From Hydrolagus affinis (lineage: Eukaryota): a stretch of 64,000 nucleotides of DNA. The translations under genes were made by a program, and so were the position numbers. Positions 27,001 through 39,261 of this stretch are shown here, piece after piece. The number at the start of each line of letters is the position of its first letter. The stretch's first letter is position 1. Below the pieces are notes generated by a model. The model was not told the DNA's origin. It saw nothing but the letters and a program-made list of their open reading frames with translations, and searched no databases. The stretch covers positions 1 through 64,000 of the forward strand of contig JAAILG010000878.1 in NCBI GenBank assembly GCA_012026655.1, given 5' to 3'.

Positions 27001-27329
27001 TATTATATATTAAGCAAAACTTCCTTGTTTGTGCTTTTCTTTTGCAATCATTTGAGGAACTAAGTGTATTGTTTGTTTTCAATCTGAACTCTCGGAAACC
27101 CACACCTCTTATTATTGCTCAATTAAACTGACACACTCCTCTATGCTCATCAATCTGTTCAGCATTCGTAAAATTCCTGGTCCTTGCATTCTTTCCCACT
27201 GGGAATTGTCTGAGTTATTATGGAGCATCCTGGAACAGATGGAATGTCCCCTGACTGCAGGCAGCTGTGATGTCAGACCAAAGCACTATTTAATTGGATA
27301 GATGTGAATTGGACCCGATGTGGATACGA

Positions 27330-27608
27330 GAGCTTCTCCGCACATATCAGCTCCATCCCAGTAAATCTCAAAGCAGCACGAGGATTAGGCTGTGCTTGTA
27401 TTCATTACTCTTACTGCTGGGAACTGCCACAGAGAGACACTGGACGTTCACAACAGCAACCTAATTTGATTTTAGCCACAGTTTTTAGTTTTGTGGTTTT
27501 TAACTTGTCTAGATGGAAAAACAATTCAGAAAGGAATTGAGAAATATCTGATTGCTGTGTTGTTTAAGGAAAAAACAAGACTTCACTGGAACTAATTGTA
27601 TTGCTCAG
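27330..27608 (+). promoter_or_regulatory. Candidate non-coding first exon / 5' end of the NDNF-like gene
   Basis: The first coding exon has a splice acceptor 12 nt before the ATG, so an upstream exon is implied. Donor CAG|GTAACA at 27608/27609 follows a locally GC-richer, repeat-free stretch. The position is inferred. Confidence 0.25.
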
Positions 27609-28654
27609 GTAACATCATTGTTTTTATGTGGATATTATTTATATATACTTGTGTTTACAATTTAAAAAATTCTGGTGCTCCCATCTTCAAAGTGTTTTGG
27701 TAACTTAATGTTGAGTAATGCATAAATTCTCTCCTACTTTAGGACTGACTGGTACATGAACAGATCATTGCATTATATGATTCTACATCAAGCCTTAACT
27801 AACTTTGCTGAACAATATTTTCTTTTCTGAGGTACTCTTGAATTAATTTGTGAAAAACAATTTATTTGTCTCTGTTTAGTTTGAAAAAAGGGCATGAACC
27901 ATATATGTTTTGGACACAACTCCTAAATGCACACCTTGTGTTAAAGTGATATTCAAAATTCTGTTTCCATTACTTTGTATGTTGCCAATGAGACCACTTT
28001 GCACAGACGTAGTTGCAAGTAACTGTGTCCAGTTTTGCATTCAGATGGTAAAATGAAACTACAATTTAAATGATTCTAGTACATGTCCATTCAAATAGGT
28101 AAATCACATTTATTTTGTGCATTGCTCCCTTCTAAATATAATTTAAATATTTGCACATTATTTTAATTATGTTACATGCATTAATTTTACTTATGATTTG
28201 GATTTGATTGATTAGGGTTGGTGTCACTGGACCGAAAGAAAATTAGTTGATTTGGTTTCTGTATAATAGGAATGAATAGGACATATACAGTGATTATAAA
28301 ATAAATGTGATTTGATCCATTGGAAATTTGTACATTGAGCATGAATGAGAAGAGATTTAGTTTCTTTGAATGCTATATCATGGGAAAGAAAGAAAATTGA
28401 CCTGGTTCATGAGAATGAATGCAAACTGAATTAGTGCCTTGGAATTCAAAATATTTATGGGGACTGAATTTCCTCTATTAATCACAATTTACAGTTTAAT
28501 ACATGGTTGGTGTAATCCTTTCAAATTGAATATGTATGTTTAGCTGTACAACACAGTTTGGTATATTTTGGATTTTCATGTAACTTTTGAGAGTAAAGGT
28601 TAATTCTATTAATTTGAAATGTTATACGCATTCGGTCTAGACTCTTAATATAGA

Positions 28655-28932
28655 GTTGACTGCTGCTTCCCTTTGGATGAGACTTTAACCCAAAGTAGGT
28701 GGATGTTAAAGATCCCATGGTAGTATTTTAAAAGAGAAGAGGATTTCTCCTTGCATCCTGGCCAACAATCTCTCTGAAAAATAAAATCGGTCAATTCATA
28801 GCTGTTCATGGGACCTTCGTGAGTGCAAATTGGCTGCCACATTCACCCACAGATACAGCTACTATACGTCACAATAGTATTCTGGAAAGCACTCAAAGAC
28901 ATTTGACATGTATATATAAAATGCAAAGATTA
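28655..28932 (+). mobile_element. DeuSINE (SacSINE1/AmnSINE1-like): Deu domain plus 3' tail
   Basis: 'ctttggatgagactttaacc..aggtggatgttaaagatcccatggtagtattttaaaagagaagagg..ctccttgcatcctggccaaca..gggaccttcgtgagtgcaaattggctgcc..ataaaatgcaaag'. Confidence 0.75.
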
Positions 28933-29486
28933 GTGCTCGGTTTTATTTGATCTTTGAATGTAAATCCCAATCCCTCTGGATGCAGACTCCTTCAGATCCT
29001 TGGTGATGCCTATTTACAGGATTATAACTGATGCATTTACGATTATGATGTGATTATAGCTTCCCAGGGGTAATAATCCTTCAGGTTATACATCTCATCT
29101 AAAGGATGTTAAAGGATGTTTCTTGTGAGTTATTTACAACATTCTCTGGATAACTTCAAAAATAATTCTTTGAAATCTTCTAAAAAGAGGGTGAAACATT
29201 TGAGGGATTCATTCAAGTTTTCCTTCACTTCTCCTTCTTAAGTACCCACCCAAAAAAGGTGTTTCTACAACTTCAAATGTTTTATATGCATCTGAAATTC
29301 AAAAGATTATTTACTACGGTATCTCAATCACCTGACTACAACAAGGATACAACAGAATCCTGATCAGGAGACTGAGCTGTGCGATGCTGGACAAAATGTA
29401 ATTTAGTAAATGATATGTAAATAAGTTCCAGGTACTGTTGTTCTCTCAAGTATAACCTGTATATTTTCTGACAGGAACTACTAGAA

Positions 29487-29647
29487 ATGTCTGTGTGTGA
29501 GACATTCTCCCTTTTATTCATGCTCGTGTGCCAGCCTCAAGTTCGAGGTTGGGATGATACTTCAGACCAAGCATTGTACAACTACTCTCCAATGCTTCCT
29601 GATGGGATGGAAATCACTGTCTTTCTCTTCAGAAACTTGCCACAGAG
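29487..29647 (+). CDS. ndnfl: NDNF-like secreted protein, coding exon 1 (signal peptide)
   Basis: Acceptor ttttctgacAG at 29474, ATG at 29487. Encodes MSVCETFSLLFMLVCQPQVRG/WDDTSDQALYNYSPMLPDGMEITVFLFRNLPQ(R), aligning with NDNF 'SSVIPDGAEISSYLFRDTPKR'. Donor AG|GTAAGC, phase 2. Confidence 0.88.
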
Positions 29648-29954
29648 GTAAGCGCAAGTCAGAACTTATGATAACCTAGAGCCCAACATTCTAAATTAGG
29701 AAGGATAATTGCATTTTCTTCCGGAGCAGATCTTTTATCATCCTTCCAGTAAAGCTAGGATCTGTATACAAACAAATGGCTAAGCAATGACATAGATATG
29801 CACTATTAGAGGACCAAGATAGACACAGGGATAATGCTGTTCAACTTGCTGTGAGCTCTAATGCCACTTATTAAATTCTTTGTTTTATTTCTTGCTAACG
29901 ACGAGTCTTTTTCTGTGTTATTTTTGTTCCCGTTTGTTTCTCCTCTCTCCACAG

Positions 29955-30079
29955 GCATTACTTTGAGTTGAAGGCGGACACTACTCCCTTCTCTATCACT
30001 GTGACTCCATGTGACGCGCCTTTGGAATGGCACCTGGCTGCTCAGGAATTTCCTGATAACTCTAACAGAAAGGCAGCAG
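29955..30079 (+). CDS. ndnfl: NDNF-like secreted protein, coding exon 2 (125 nt)
   Basis: Long polypyrimidine tract plus CAG at 29954. Encodes (R)HYFELKADTTPFSITVTPCDAPLEWHLAAQEFPDNSNRKAA, matching NDNF 'VTVTPCDAPLEW'. Donor G|GTAAAG. Frame joins both neighbouring exons. Confidence 0.92.
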
Positions 30080-30159
30080 GTAAAGGTTCCCATGGGGGCC
30101 AGTCACTCGCTCAATCTGACAATCACACTTTTGGCTTTTAGGACCTTCTAGAAGTAACT

Positions 30160-30230
30160 ACAATGTTATAAAGCACTTTGAAACACTTCCTTGCCTGCAG
30201 AGGGCTATATAAGTGCAAGTTGTTGTTGTG
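30160..30230 (+). mobile_element. L2 3' tail fragment in the NDNF-like intron
   Basis: 'aagcactttgaaacac..gggctatataagtgcaagttgttgttg'. Confidence 0.55.
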
Positions 30231-30580
30231 GCATAAACTAATCCGAATATGACATTTTAAAATTGCTAATAGCACAGATGTACAAAGAACTTGAATTAAG
30301 ACATAATTAATGAGAGGATGTTGAAAATTTGCGAAGCACAAGAAGAAATTAGATGGTATTAAGGGATTTTAAAAAAAATGCTTCTAAATATTTAAAATAT
30401 ACCTCTTTATCTTAATTTCCCGGATAATGAATAACTTGTAGTGTCTTTCTTGTTCTATGAAATGTAAAGTACAAATCTAAACGATGTTTTAACCTGGAAC
30501 TAATACTCTTTAATAATTGATAATGACCTCAATAATGACCAGTGATTGAGATACCCTGTAAATAATCTTTTGCATTTCAG

Positions 30581-31962
30581 ATGTATATAAACATGAGAAG
30601 TCGCAGAAACATCAGCAGAGCTGGGATACTATGAGAGATCTTTTTATCTATAAAGGAAATGCGGTGGAGACATATGTGAGTGTCTCATCACGTTCAACCT
30701 TCTATAGGTTGGAGCTTATTTCAACTGAGAAGAATACTCGAATCAGAGTTTACATGACAACCAGTCCACAAACTGATCCACCTTACCCAGAGCTGCCTTT
30801 TGACCCTCGTGTCGATGTTACGTCTGTGGGGCAGACGATGGTGACACTAGCCTGGAAACCGAGCCCTTCAATTCTGCGATATGAAGAAAGCATTCAATAT
30901 TGTCTCCTTATCAATCAAGAACACAATTACAAAAGTCTATGTGCTACTGAGGCTCAGGTGGAATCTGCTGATGATCTATGGCCAGATATACCAGTTGTGT
31001 CCATCTTCTCCAGCCTACAGGAGATTCATGTTGCAAACACAAAAGGTTACCAAGTTGAATTGCTGTCCCCTTCAAAGTCAAATACACTCAATAGTCCATC
31101 ACTCTGGGAAGAAGAATTAGATATTATGCAACAATGCATTGGTAATAAAAATGTTTATGTGGTGTCTGACCTACAACCAAACACTCAATATTATTTTGAT
31201 GTGTTTGCTGTGAATACCCTTACCAACACTAGCACTGCATACACAGGAACCTTTGCAAAAACTCTCCAGCAGCCAGATCCCAAAGTTCTTGGTCTGAAGG
31301 AAGGAAATATGATTCAAGTGTATGTCAGAAAGGAGAAGCAGAAATTCTACAGCTTCAGGGCTGGAGTTTGGCATAGGAGAGTGCAGTTCACCCTTTACTC
31401 TTGCGGAGAAGTACATGTTCAAATTGAAAGGAATGGGAAGCTCTTAGTGTCTGAAACTATAGAAAGTTTGAAACATTTCCAACTCAGAGGAAAAGCCAAA
31501 GCAAGATATGTAGTTGGGATAAAATCCATGGAGTCTTTTGAGGCTTCTGTGAAGATCCTTGTATCTACACATTTCAACAAACCTATCTTCCCACGGCTGC
31601 CGGAAAGTCTGAAATTAAAAACTTTTGATAGACTAAGGACCTGTAACTCGGTCACCATTGCCTGGCTTGGAACACAAGAACGGAACAAGTACTGCCTCTA
31701 CAAGACAGAGATTGAGCAGGAACATGCAAAGGAGGAAATAAAGAAGGCAAGTGGCTGCTTTGGACCAGAGTTGAGGAATTTGTCGGAGAAGGTACACTGC
31801 AAGTATTTTCACAACTTGAACAAGCTACGTGCAGTGACTACAGAAGAAGTCAGGGGTTTGGAGCCAGGAAAAATATATCTGTTTGATGTGTATGTTATTG
31901 GACACACAGGACATGCTGTAAAATACCAAAGTAAGCTAGTAAAAACAAGGAGGGTGTGCTGA
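30581..31962 (+). CDS. ndnfl: NDNF-like secreted protein, coding exon 3 (FN3-like domains and NDNF C-terminus); full protein 555 aa
   Basis: Acceptor catttcAG at 30580, in frame with ORF 30631-31962. Motifs PYPELPFDPRVDVTS, VTLAWKPSP, CIGNKN, QYYFDVF, FDRLRTCNSVTIAWLGTQERNKYC and KYQSKLVKTRRVC* are hallmark NDNF family. Total CDS 161+125+1382=1668 nt. Confidence 0.96.
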
Positions 31963-34422
31963 TTTTTTTAAAACAACAATGAAATGTTTTAACAACATTT
32001 GGAGCTCAGGAATTTTGCCAAACAACTATGAAAGTGAACAATTGCACATTTAACAACATGTGCTATTTTTAGTAACTTAGTGAATCTGCTTCCAAACTGA
32101 ATGGAAATAAAAATGGTTCATTCCAAACATTTATGTAAATGACTGAATGGGCTGAGTAGCCTTTTCCTGTTCCAAAACTTTTATAAAAATATAAATCGTC
32201 AAGCCTAAGTTTAAGGAATTTATGTCAGCATCAACTGAATATGGCAGAACTAAGATGCGCAGAACTGAACTTAGAGTTAATCAAACTGGAGATTTAAATT
32301 TTTTGAGTTATGTTTAGTTATGCATGTATACCCATTTTCAACAGAAATATATTATCTGGCGGGAATTTTGAATGCCAAGTTAAGCTGGAAGAAGGTGTGC
32401 TCAAACTCAGTTGGCGGAAGGGCTCAATCTTTTCAGAGACAGCCAAAGAACCATGTACTCTTTGATTCCAGATGAACAAAAATCATTTGGGGAATTGTAC
32501 TATAGGAACCAGCATCAATAGGCTTGGTGTTATTCTTTAACTTGACAACAATTTTTCGAACCACTTGAAGCAACCTGACAAAACTTTGTCTGTTTGATTT
32601 AGATGCAGATTCAATTATCAATGACCATTTGTTTTTGAACCAGAAATGTTACATAGCACTTGTAAAGATTTAGTGAAACTAAAGTAAGGGTCAGTGAAAC
32701 TAAAGTAAAGGTTGTATTTTTGTTGGTTGATCACAATAAATGTAAAAAAATTCTTCAAATTGATTTTCTTGGGCTAAAAAACAATAAACTACTTTTCGTT
32801 TCCCTGCATTGAAATATTAAAAGCACATTATAAGTGGAATGTGTTCTCGTCACTAGACAGGGATAATAACTATCTCACCTCTGATGAAAATCATAAGCTA
32901 CCTACATATGAAATTCTCTCTCATTTATGGACGTAGTTTTCAATCATATAGTTTGTGTGACAGACTTATCTTTTGAGATGAATAATTGAGTACATGCTAG
33001 TCATACCGGTAACAAAAAGAATTGGTACAGATTGGACCAGATTGGTTGTTTTTAAATTATTTCCACCTATACTTGCTGATGATGGTTAAAATCATTTTGA
33101 AAGAAGTTCAATCTCTTGTTTTCATTGGAACACTGCATTTCATTAATCTCATGACTTAGCTCTTTGGTTTATGACCATTTGATTCCTTCCATATGAATTC
33201 ACTTATTCTGTACATCCAGCCCTTCTGCATGTCTGGAAGGTCTGAATATCTGGGAAAGTAGACCTTGCTTACCCAGTTTTCCACCATTTGGTGTCGTTGA
33301 GTTTAGAAAGTTTTGATACTGTTGAGCGAATAGGACTGAATTTTCAAAGCAAATGTTGTTTTCTGGTGCTGACCTAATCCTTGTTGAAATATTAATAATA
33401 CAATAGTCCTTGTATTTAAAATAACACTTTTCACATTGGGATGATATCTCAAAATGTTTCACAAGATTTACTGTAAAGTGCATTTATTGTACTTTATAGG
33501 TGAACCATATTTTCTGTGGTATTCAGGATCACTGGTAAACTATATTGTCTACCATCACATTATAATCCTATACAAACAGCATTCTGTCTTGCCCTTGTCT
33601 TTTACCTGGGGAAATGTTACACTCAAAGAAAATAAGATATTGTTAGTTCAGACCACAGTTAAGAGCATGCTATGTGTAAAATAAGAGTTTGCATTTCATA
33701 TATTCATATTTGAATGCATCAGATGTTGCATTTGAAACAAATTTCTTTATCAAAATTATGAAGCTCATTCGTCAGTATTGATGACGAACCAGCTTCATAA
33801 TTCCTTCTCTATGACTTGAGAGAAGGATTAGTATGTAGGGTGTTAGGGGGGAAATTCCTATGTCACGTGTAAGTTCATCCTCTTTGTGATATTCTTTCTT
33901 TTTGCATGTAAAAGCACTGTAAATAGTTAAGTGTGATTTAGGTAGAAAAGAATTGCACCATGGTAATGTATTTCCAGATGAAGAACCAGTAGATCAATAA
34001 TACTTTAACAGAAGATTTATTGCACAGGTACAATGTAGTATTATTGATTCCTGATTTTAAAGATCAGAATAGGGTCATTAACTTGTTCATGAGTTTGTAT
34101 TATTTATGCCACTTCAATCCAGGTGCATAATGTGGGCCGAATATTTGAATAATCTTTTCGCTTATAATCAAATATAACATGTTATTAAATTTTAAATGTT
34201 GATTAGTGTTCTGGATTTCATATGGAATACATTAGCTTTTAAAAATTCTGTGGTTAGCCATTAACTTCAAGTTTCACTATATGATGCTGTAAGTTTTAAT
34301 TTTCTTTGGTGAAACTGTGATTTTTCTAGTTTTTGTATACACTGATTCTAAGTGTACTTTTTACTCTGAGTAGATTGTAACCTATTTCTTCAGCTTATGC
34401 TTTTAGTGTTTGGTGAAGTGAA

Positions 34423-34432
34423 AATAAATAAA
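34423..34432 (+). terminator. Candidate distal polyadenylation signal of the NDNF-like gene (alternatives at 32106, ~32735, ~32782)
   Basis: Overlapping AATAAATAAA followed by a U-rich tract; the repeat-poor stretch after the stop codon ends shortly afterwards. Confidence 0.35.
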
Positions 34433-35004
34433 ATCACTTTGTTCCACATTCAAAATTCCAGGTTATTACTTTTCATTTTCATTCATCTTAAATGAACTTC
34501 TAAAACATGAAATCAGTTTCTTGGACATCCCTGCAATTCCTTTATTTTATTGTTGTATTTTTGTCTATATTAAACTCCAATAACCAATTTACACGAGTCA
34601 CTAAATTAGTAACAGATGACAAATATAAAAGTGAAAACTGAAAAACTTTATTTTAAAAGTCAACATTTGCCATGTGAGGCACATCATCCCAGAATGTTTT
34701 GATGCATATGCTGTTACATAGAATAGGTTCTGAGAGACATAACCTCCTCTCCTTCCATTTCATTGCATATTAGTATAAAATTCCACATGAATCTGCTCAG
34801 TCCTTTTTCCCAGTTCTGCACAATTAAACATTTGAAATTTGTAATGTTTTTCTTTCGAGAGGCATTAAAATGGGAACTATGTTCAACAATTTTTGGTCAC
34901 ATAATGTCTGACCCATGCTGCGGTTGCAGGCCCCAAACACTCTGTTTAAATACATATTCTTCATATGCAAGTCTGGACAGCATGTGCCTGTAGACTAATA
35001 TATC

Positions 35005-35512
35005 AAGTGCTTCATCCAGCTCGTACAGAACTCCACTGCCCGCATTCTCACCCATACCAAAATCCGCTCCCCGATTACCCCAGTCCTTGCCAGACTGCAC
35101 TGGCTGCCTGTCCTGGAGAGGATCGATTTCAAGATCCTCATGCTTGTATTTAAATCCTTCCACTCCTCTGCACCCACCTACCTCTCTGATCTCCTCTTTC
35201 CTCACAACAGTACTGTTGCCTTCGCTCCATAGGGTCTGGCTTCCTCCTTGTCCCCCGAATCCTCCGCTCCACCATCAGTGGCTGTGCCTTCAGCCACTAT
35301 GCCCTGAGGCTCTGGAACTCCCTTCCTCATTCCCTTTGCCTCGACCCCTCTTACCTTCAGGTCTTGGCTAAAGACCTTTCTTTTCGACCACGCTTTTGGT
35401 CACCTTCTTCCCCATCCCCTTGTCTCAGCCCTGGGATCCGTTATTGGGAAGTGCCCTGAGACGCCGTACGGCATGGAGGGCACTATATAAATCCAAGTTG
35501 TTGTTGTTGTTG
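35005..35512 (+). mobile_element. L2 LINE 3' ~500 bp with (GTT)n tail
   Basis: LVQNSTARILT..PITPVLARLHWLPVLERIDFKIL; ends 'gcactatataaatccaagttgttgttgttgttg'. Confidence 0.9.
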
Positions 35513-36094
35513 TATGACTGCTAGGCCTGATCCTATGCTTGCCTCCAGTACTTCCACCAATCCTCACTGAATAGTGAACAGATGGATGGTATGGAACTCT
35601 GACCAATTTGTTCCTTGCCAGACCAATTGTACAAAAGTTTTGACAGCACTGGCTGAGATAATATAACAAAATACAGATTAGGGATTGAACTTGAAACTTT
35701 CCAAATTGCTCAGTACAACATCACCTGGTGCACCGAATCACTGGGAAAAGCAATGTAAAATCTTTTTTAGATTGGTCACCAAGTCTGTGCCAACTAAATG
35801 TGGCAAACATTATGGTGAACTTTAATGTGCTTCACCTTTGAAATTTTTATATTAATAAATGTTGCACATACCCTTTGCATAATACTCACTGGAAGTTTGC
35901 ACCAAAGAACACTATGTGTAAATAGAGATGGTGTTTCACCATTAATATAAATGAATCATGAAGTATTCAGAATTCTAATAATGGGATTGGGGGAAAGGGG
36001 CTGAATTCTAGTCTATGGAAACCAGCTAAACTTGGCAAAAATCTTAATACGATTCTTATTATGTTGACAAGACAGAAGCCATATTGGTTCAATG

Positions 36095-36812
36095 TCTACA
36101 GTCCTGTTGCTCCGATCTCTCCTCAACCTCCCAGGCCTATCCTTCAGATTCACTAAACTGATGAGCAACCTAGACGGCAGGTTTGACCCACAGCTGTCGT
36201 TCCCCACATCTGGCCCCTGACGATGACTGCCTTCCTCTACCTCCACCACATTTCCCTCTTTGGACTGTGCCTTATCCCAGATGCAGCCAAAAATCTTGTC
36301 CATGCTTTGTCACCTCCCGACTAGACTTCTCAAATGCCCGCTTCACGGGTCTCCTCAGATCTACCATACAGGTTCCAGCTAATCCAAAATGCTGCTGGCC
36401 ACATACTCACCCGCATTAACCTCCGTACCCCCATCACACCTAGCCATGCTCCACTGGCCCCCTACCGCAGAATGGATCGATTTCAAGATCCCCACCAACA
36501 TTTTCAAATCACTTCATGCCCTGGCACCTCTCTACTTCTCTGATTTGTGTACCCTCAATCCACCCCTCGACTGCCTCCGGCCTTCTGCATGTCCCTCAAC
36601 TCTTCATTCCATCATCGGAGGCCGCACTTCCATCCACCAAGCCCTGAAACTGGAACAGGCTGCCTCTATCCCTTCCAGATCTTCAGGTCATGCTTGATCA
36701 CCTTCCTTTTCGACTGCACCTACAGTCAACTCGCTCTTCCCCCGGCTTGGAGTCATGGGATGTCACCCTGCCTAAGTGGCACTATATAAATGGAAGTTGT
36801 TAATGTTGTTGT
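36095..36812 (+). mobile_element. L2 LINE 3' fragment (degenerate)
   Basis: FVTSRLDFSNA..QLIQNAAGHILT..LHWPPTAEWIDFKI; tail 'cactatataaatggaagttgttaatgttgttg'. Confidence 0.85.
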
Positions 36813-37597
36813 AAGTAAGTGGTGTGTATGTGTGCAATTCAGTAGTTACAAAATAGGCATTTCCAGAATGGAGCAGGAAATAGCTTTATGACTGGTAAAG
36901 ATAGAAAAAAATTCAGTTCAAATCTAAAATATATTTTTATAGTCTGGATGGCAGTGGATAATGCACACAATTTGGGGTGTACCTTTTCAGTTGTTTCCTT
37001 TACAAAGCTGTGTTTGTTGCACATTTTTAATAAGTTGCTATGAAACAGCTGGAGCTGTTTGTAGCTGGTCTGTTACTGTAGAAAGAATGGGTTTTAATAG
37101 GATTTGATGGCCAACCCTAATCCTTTCTAATGATGTGTGACTGAAGTACAGACATGTCTATTATCTTTCAGTATGGAGAGTTATTAGTTGGGCTTACATC
37201 ACAGGAGTCCATTTTCTCTTGAGTACACACAAGTGTTTCTACCAGCCAGTGAGAGTAAAGTAAATAGGAAATCAATTTCCAGGAGAGATCCAAATACCAT
37301 ATGGGGAGAGCGAAGTCCTTCAGACTGGACATTTGACTGGAGGGGTTGCAAACATCTGCTTGACAGTTGTGCCTTTTCCTGTGATCTCTTTCTCTTCTGT
37401 TTAAATGCTCAAGTCACTACCCTGTGTGAAGGGTGCTAAATAAATGCAAGTTGATGTTGTTGTTTCAGTGATGCTTTTCACTACAGTAAACCCTGGCCAT
37501 TTTCAATAATTTTCCCACCTTTTCCATCTATAATATACAAAATATCTGGGGGCTCGATTGTGTTCAACCATCCAAGTTTAAGTTAACATGGAATCCT

Positions 37598-37705
37598 CAA
37601 AAGGCAAAATACTGTACTGCAAATGCTGGAAACCTGAAGTACAAACAGAAATTGCTGAGAACACTCATCATGTCAGGCAGCATCTTGGGGAGAGGAAAGT
37701 GAGGT
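37598..37705. mobile_element. Penelope-like element terminal fragment (tentative)
   Basis: 'aaatactg..caaatgctggaaacctgaagtacaaacagaaattgctgagaacactc..tcaggcagcatc..ggagagg' resembles a common chondrichthyan Penelope-type terminus (from recall). Confidence 0.45.
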
Positions 37706-37932
37706 AGCTCCCTCCATGACTCCCTGATCCACTCCTCTAGATTTGATGCTTTTTACCTGCTTCAGCATTCTTACTCTCACTGGATCATTATTTGCAAAAC
37801 TGAAGGACAAATTAAAAAGGTTCGCTTTAAGCAAGTGCACCATACAGCATTAACATCAGTGTTTCTGTGAATGCTCGAAACCCAACCTCAGAGGTTTTTG
37901 ATAAAGTATTTGATAAATGTTAATGATAAATA

Positions 37933-38092
37933 TAATAATAATCCTTGCATTAGATATAGCACTTTTCACTTCTTCTAGACGTCTCAAAGCGCTTCACAGA
38001 ATATCCTGTAAATTAAATTGACTGTATATTTATGGGAGAAAGGTGGCAGCAAATTGCGCACAGCAACGAGCCACGGATTGAAGTGACCAATT
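37933..38092 (-). mobile_element. SINE 3' half, (ATT)n family
   Basis: Near-identical to the 3' half of 7366-7687. Confidence 0.8.
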
Positions 38093-39261
38093 TTTAAAAA
38101 TAATCTAATTGGACTTGTGAGAGTCATTTATCACATGAGGAACTGGAACTGGTCAGATGCCTTGAACAACAATGATCAAATCTTTGATTAATTAATATTT
38201 TAAATGGAACAGTTTTTTGTGTGCCAGTTCATTAAGTGGTATACGATTGTACAGCATAAGTATCAATGTAAATACAATATTTGGAGGATAGTATAACTAG
38301 TCTGGGTTCAACTATGTCAAGGATTGAGTCAAAATGGGGACTAAACTTTCTATTTCACAATTACTGTTTGGATTGTTTTAAGTATACTGTATGTGCAGCA
38401 GATTATGGGAACCGGTCAGGCATAAACTTGTGTGTAAAAGATAAGCATTTTTCTGCAAATAAATAGTTTGCCCTCATCAGCCAAGCGCAAGACTGGAAAA
38501 TTCCAGTTGCTACTTTGCCTCAGGCTGCTTACTGCACAGCTCCAAAGAAAAAAAACATTCATGAAGTTGTGAGTAACAATGATACATTTAAAATTTCCAT
38601 CTCCAATCCATCACCATTCATATCATTGCACTCAGTTTATGAGTGCGTGCGAGAGAGACAGAGAGAGAAAGAAGTGTGTGCACTTTGGATGGTTTCTCCT
38701 GTACTTTAAATAGAAGCATTAAATAAAATTTTGTTTGTCTGGTTGACACTGCTTGTTATCAATCTATGATGCCTACAATGAACTAAACATAGACGGTGAT
38801 CAGGGTATCACCATGGAGATGTTGGCAAGCCAATGATAAATGCATTTATAACATGTACTTAGAGATTCATTTTGATCACTTTGTGTCACCCAATTATACA
38901 TTTTTGTTGTTCTCAATTGCTACTTATGAAAAATTGGGAACCAGGTGGTTGCTTTCCTCATAGAAACCTTCGAACATTCAGCAAGTAAACAAGTTTGTGT
39001 GCCAGCATTTTAAAAAAAAAGATAAAATCCAATCCATTATATTTCATAAGAAACACAATAACAAGAGGAAATTTGAAGTTAAAAAAATTTAATCTTTGTT
39101 AGTCTACTTTGCCTGTAAGAATCATTATGTAACATTATCCATAATAATTAAACACATTAGAATTCTCATCGACTTGCTCCAGAGGGGACACCTTTTGTAT
39201 GGCAAAATGTTTTTTAGTTACTCAATTCCAATTTCCTATTGAGGAATCCCATTAACAAATA

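Noticed and set aside
30881-31688. Overlapping and antisense ORFs inside the NDNF-like exon
   Set aside because: Expected by-products of a real coding frame.
32672-32712. 21-bp tandem duplication (agtgaaactaaagtaa.ggt)
   Set aside because: Two units only; ordinary slippage, not an array.
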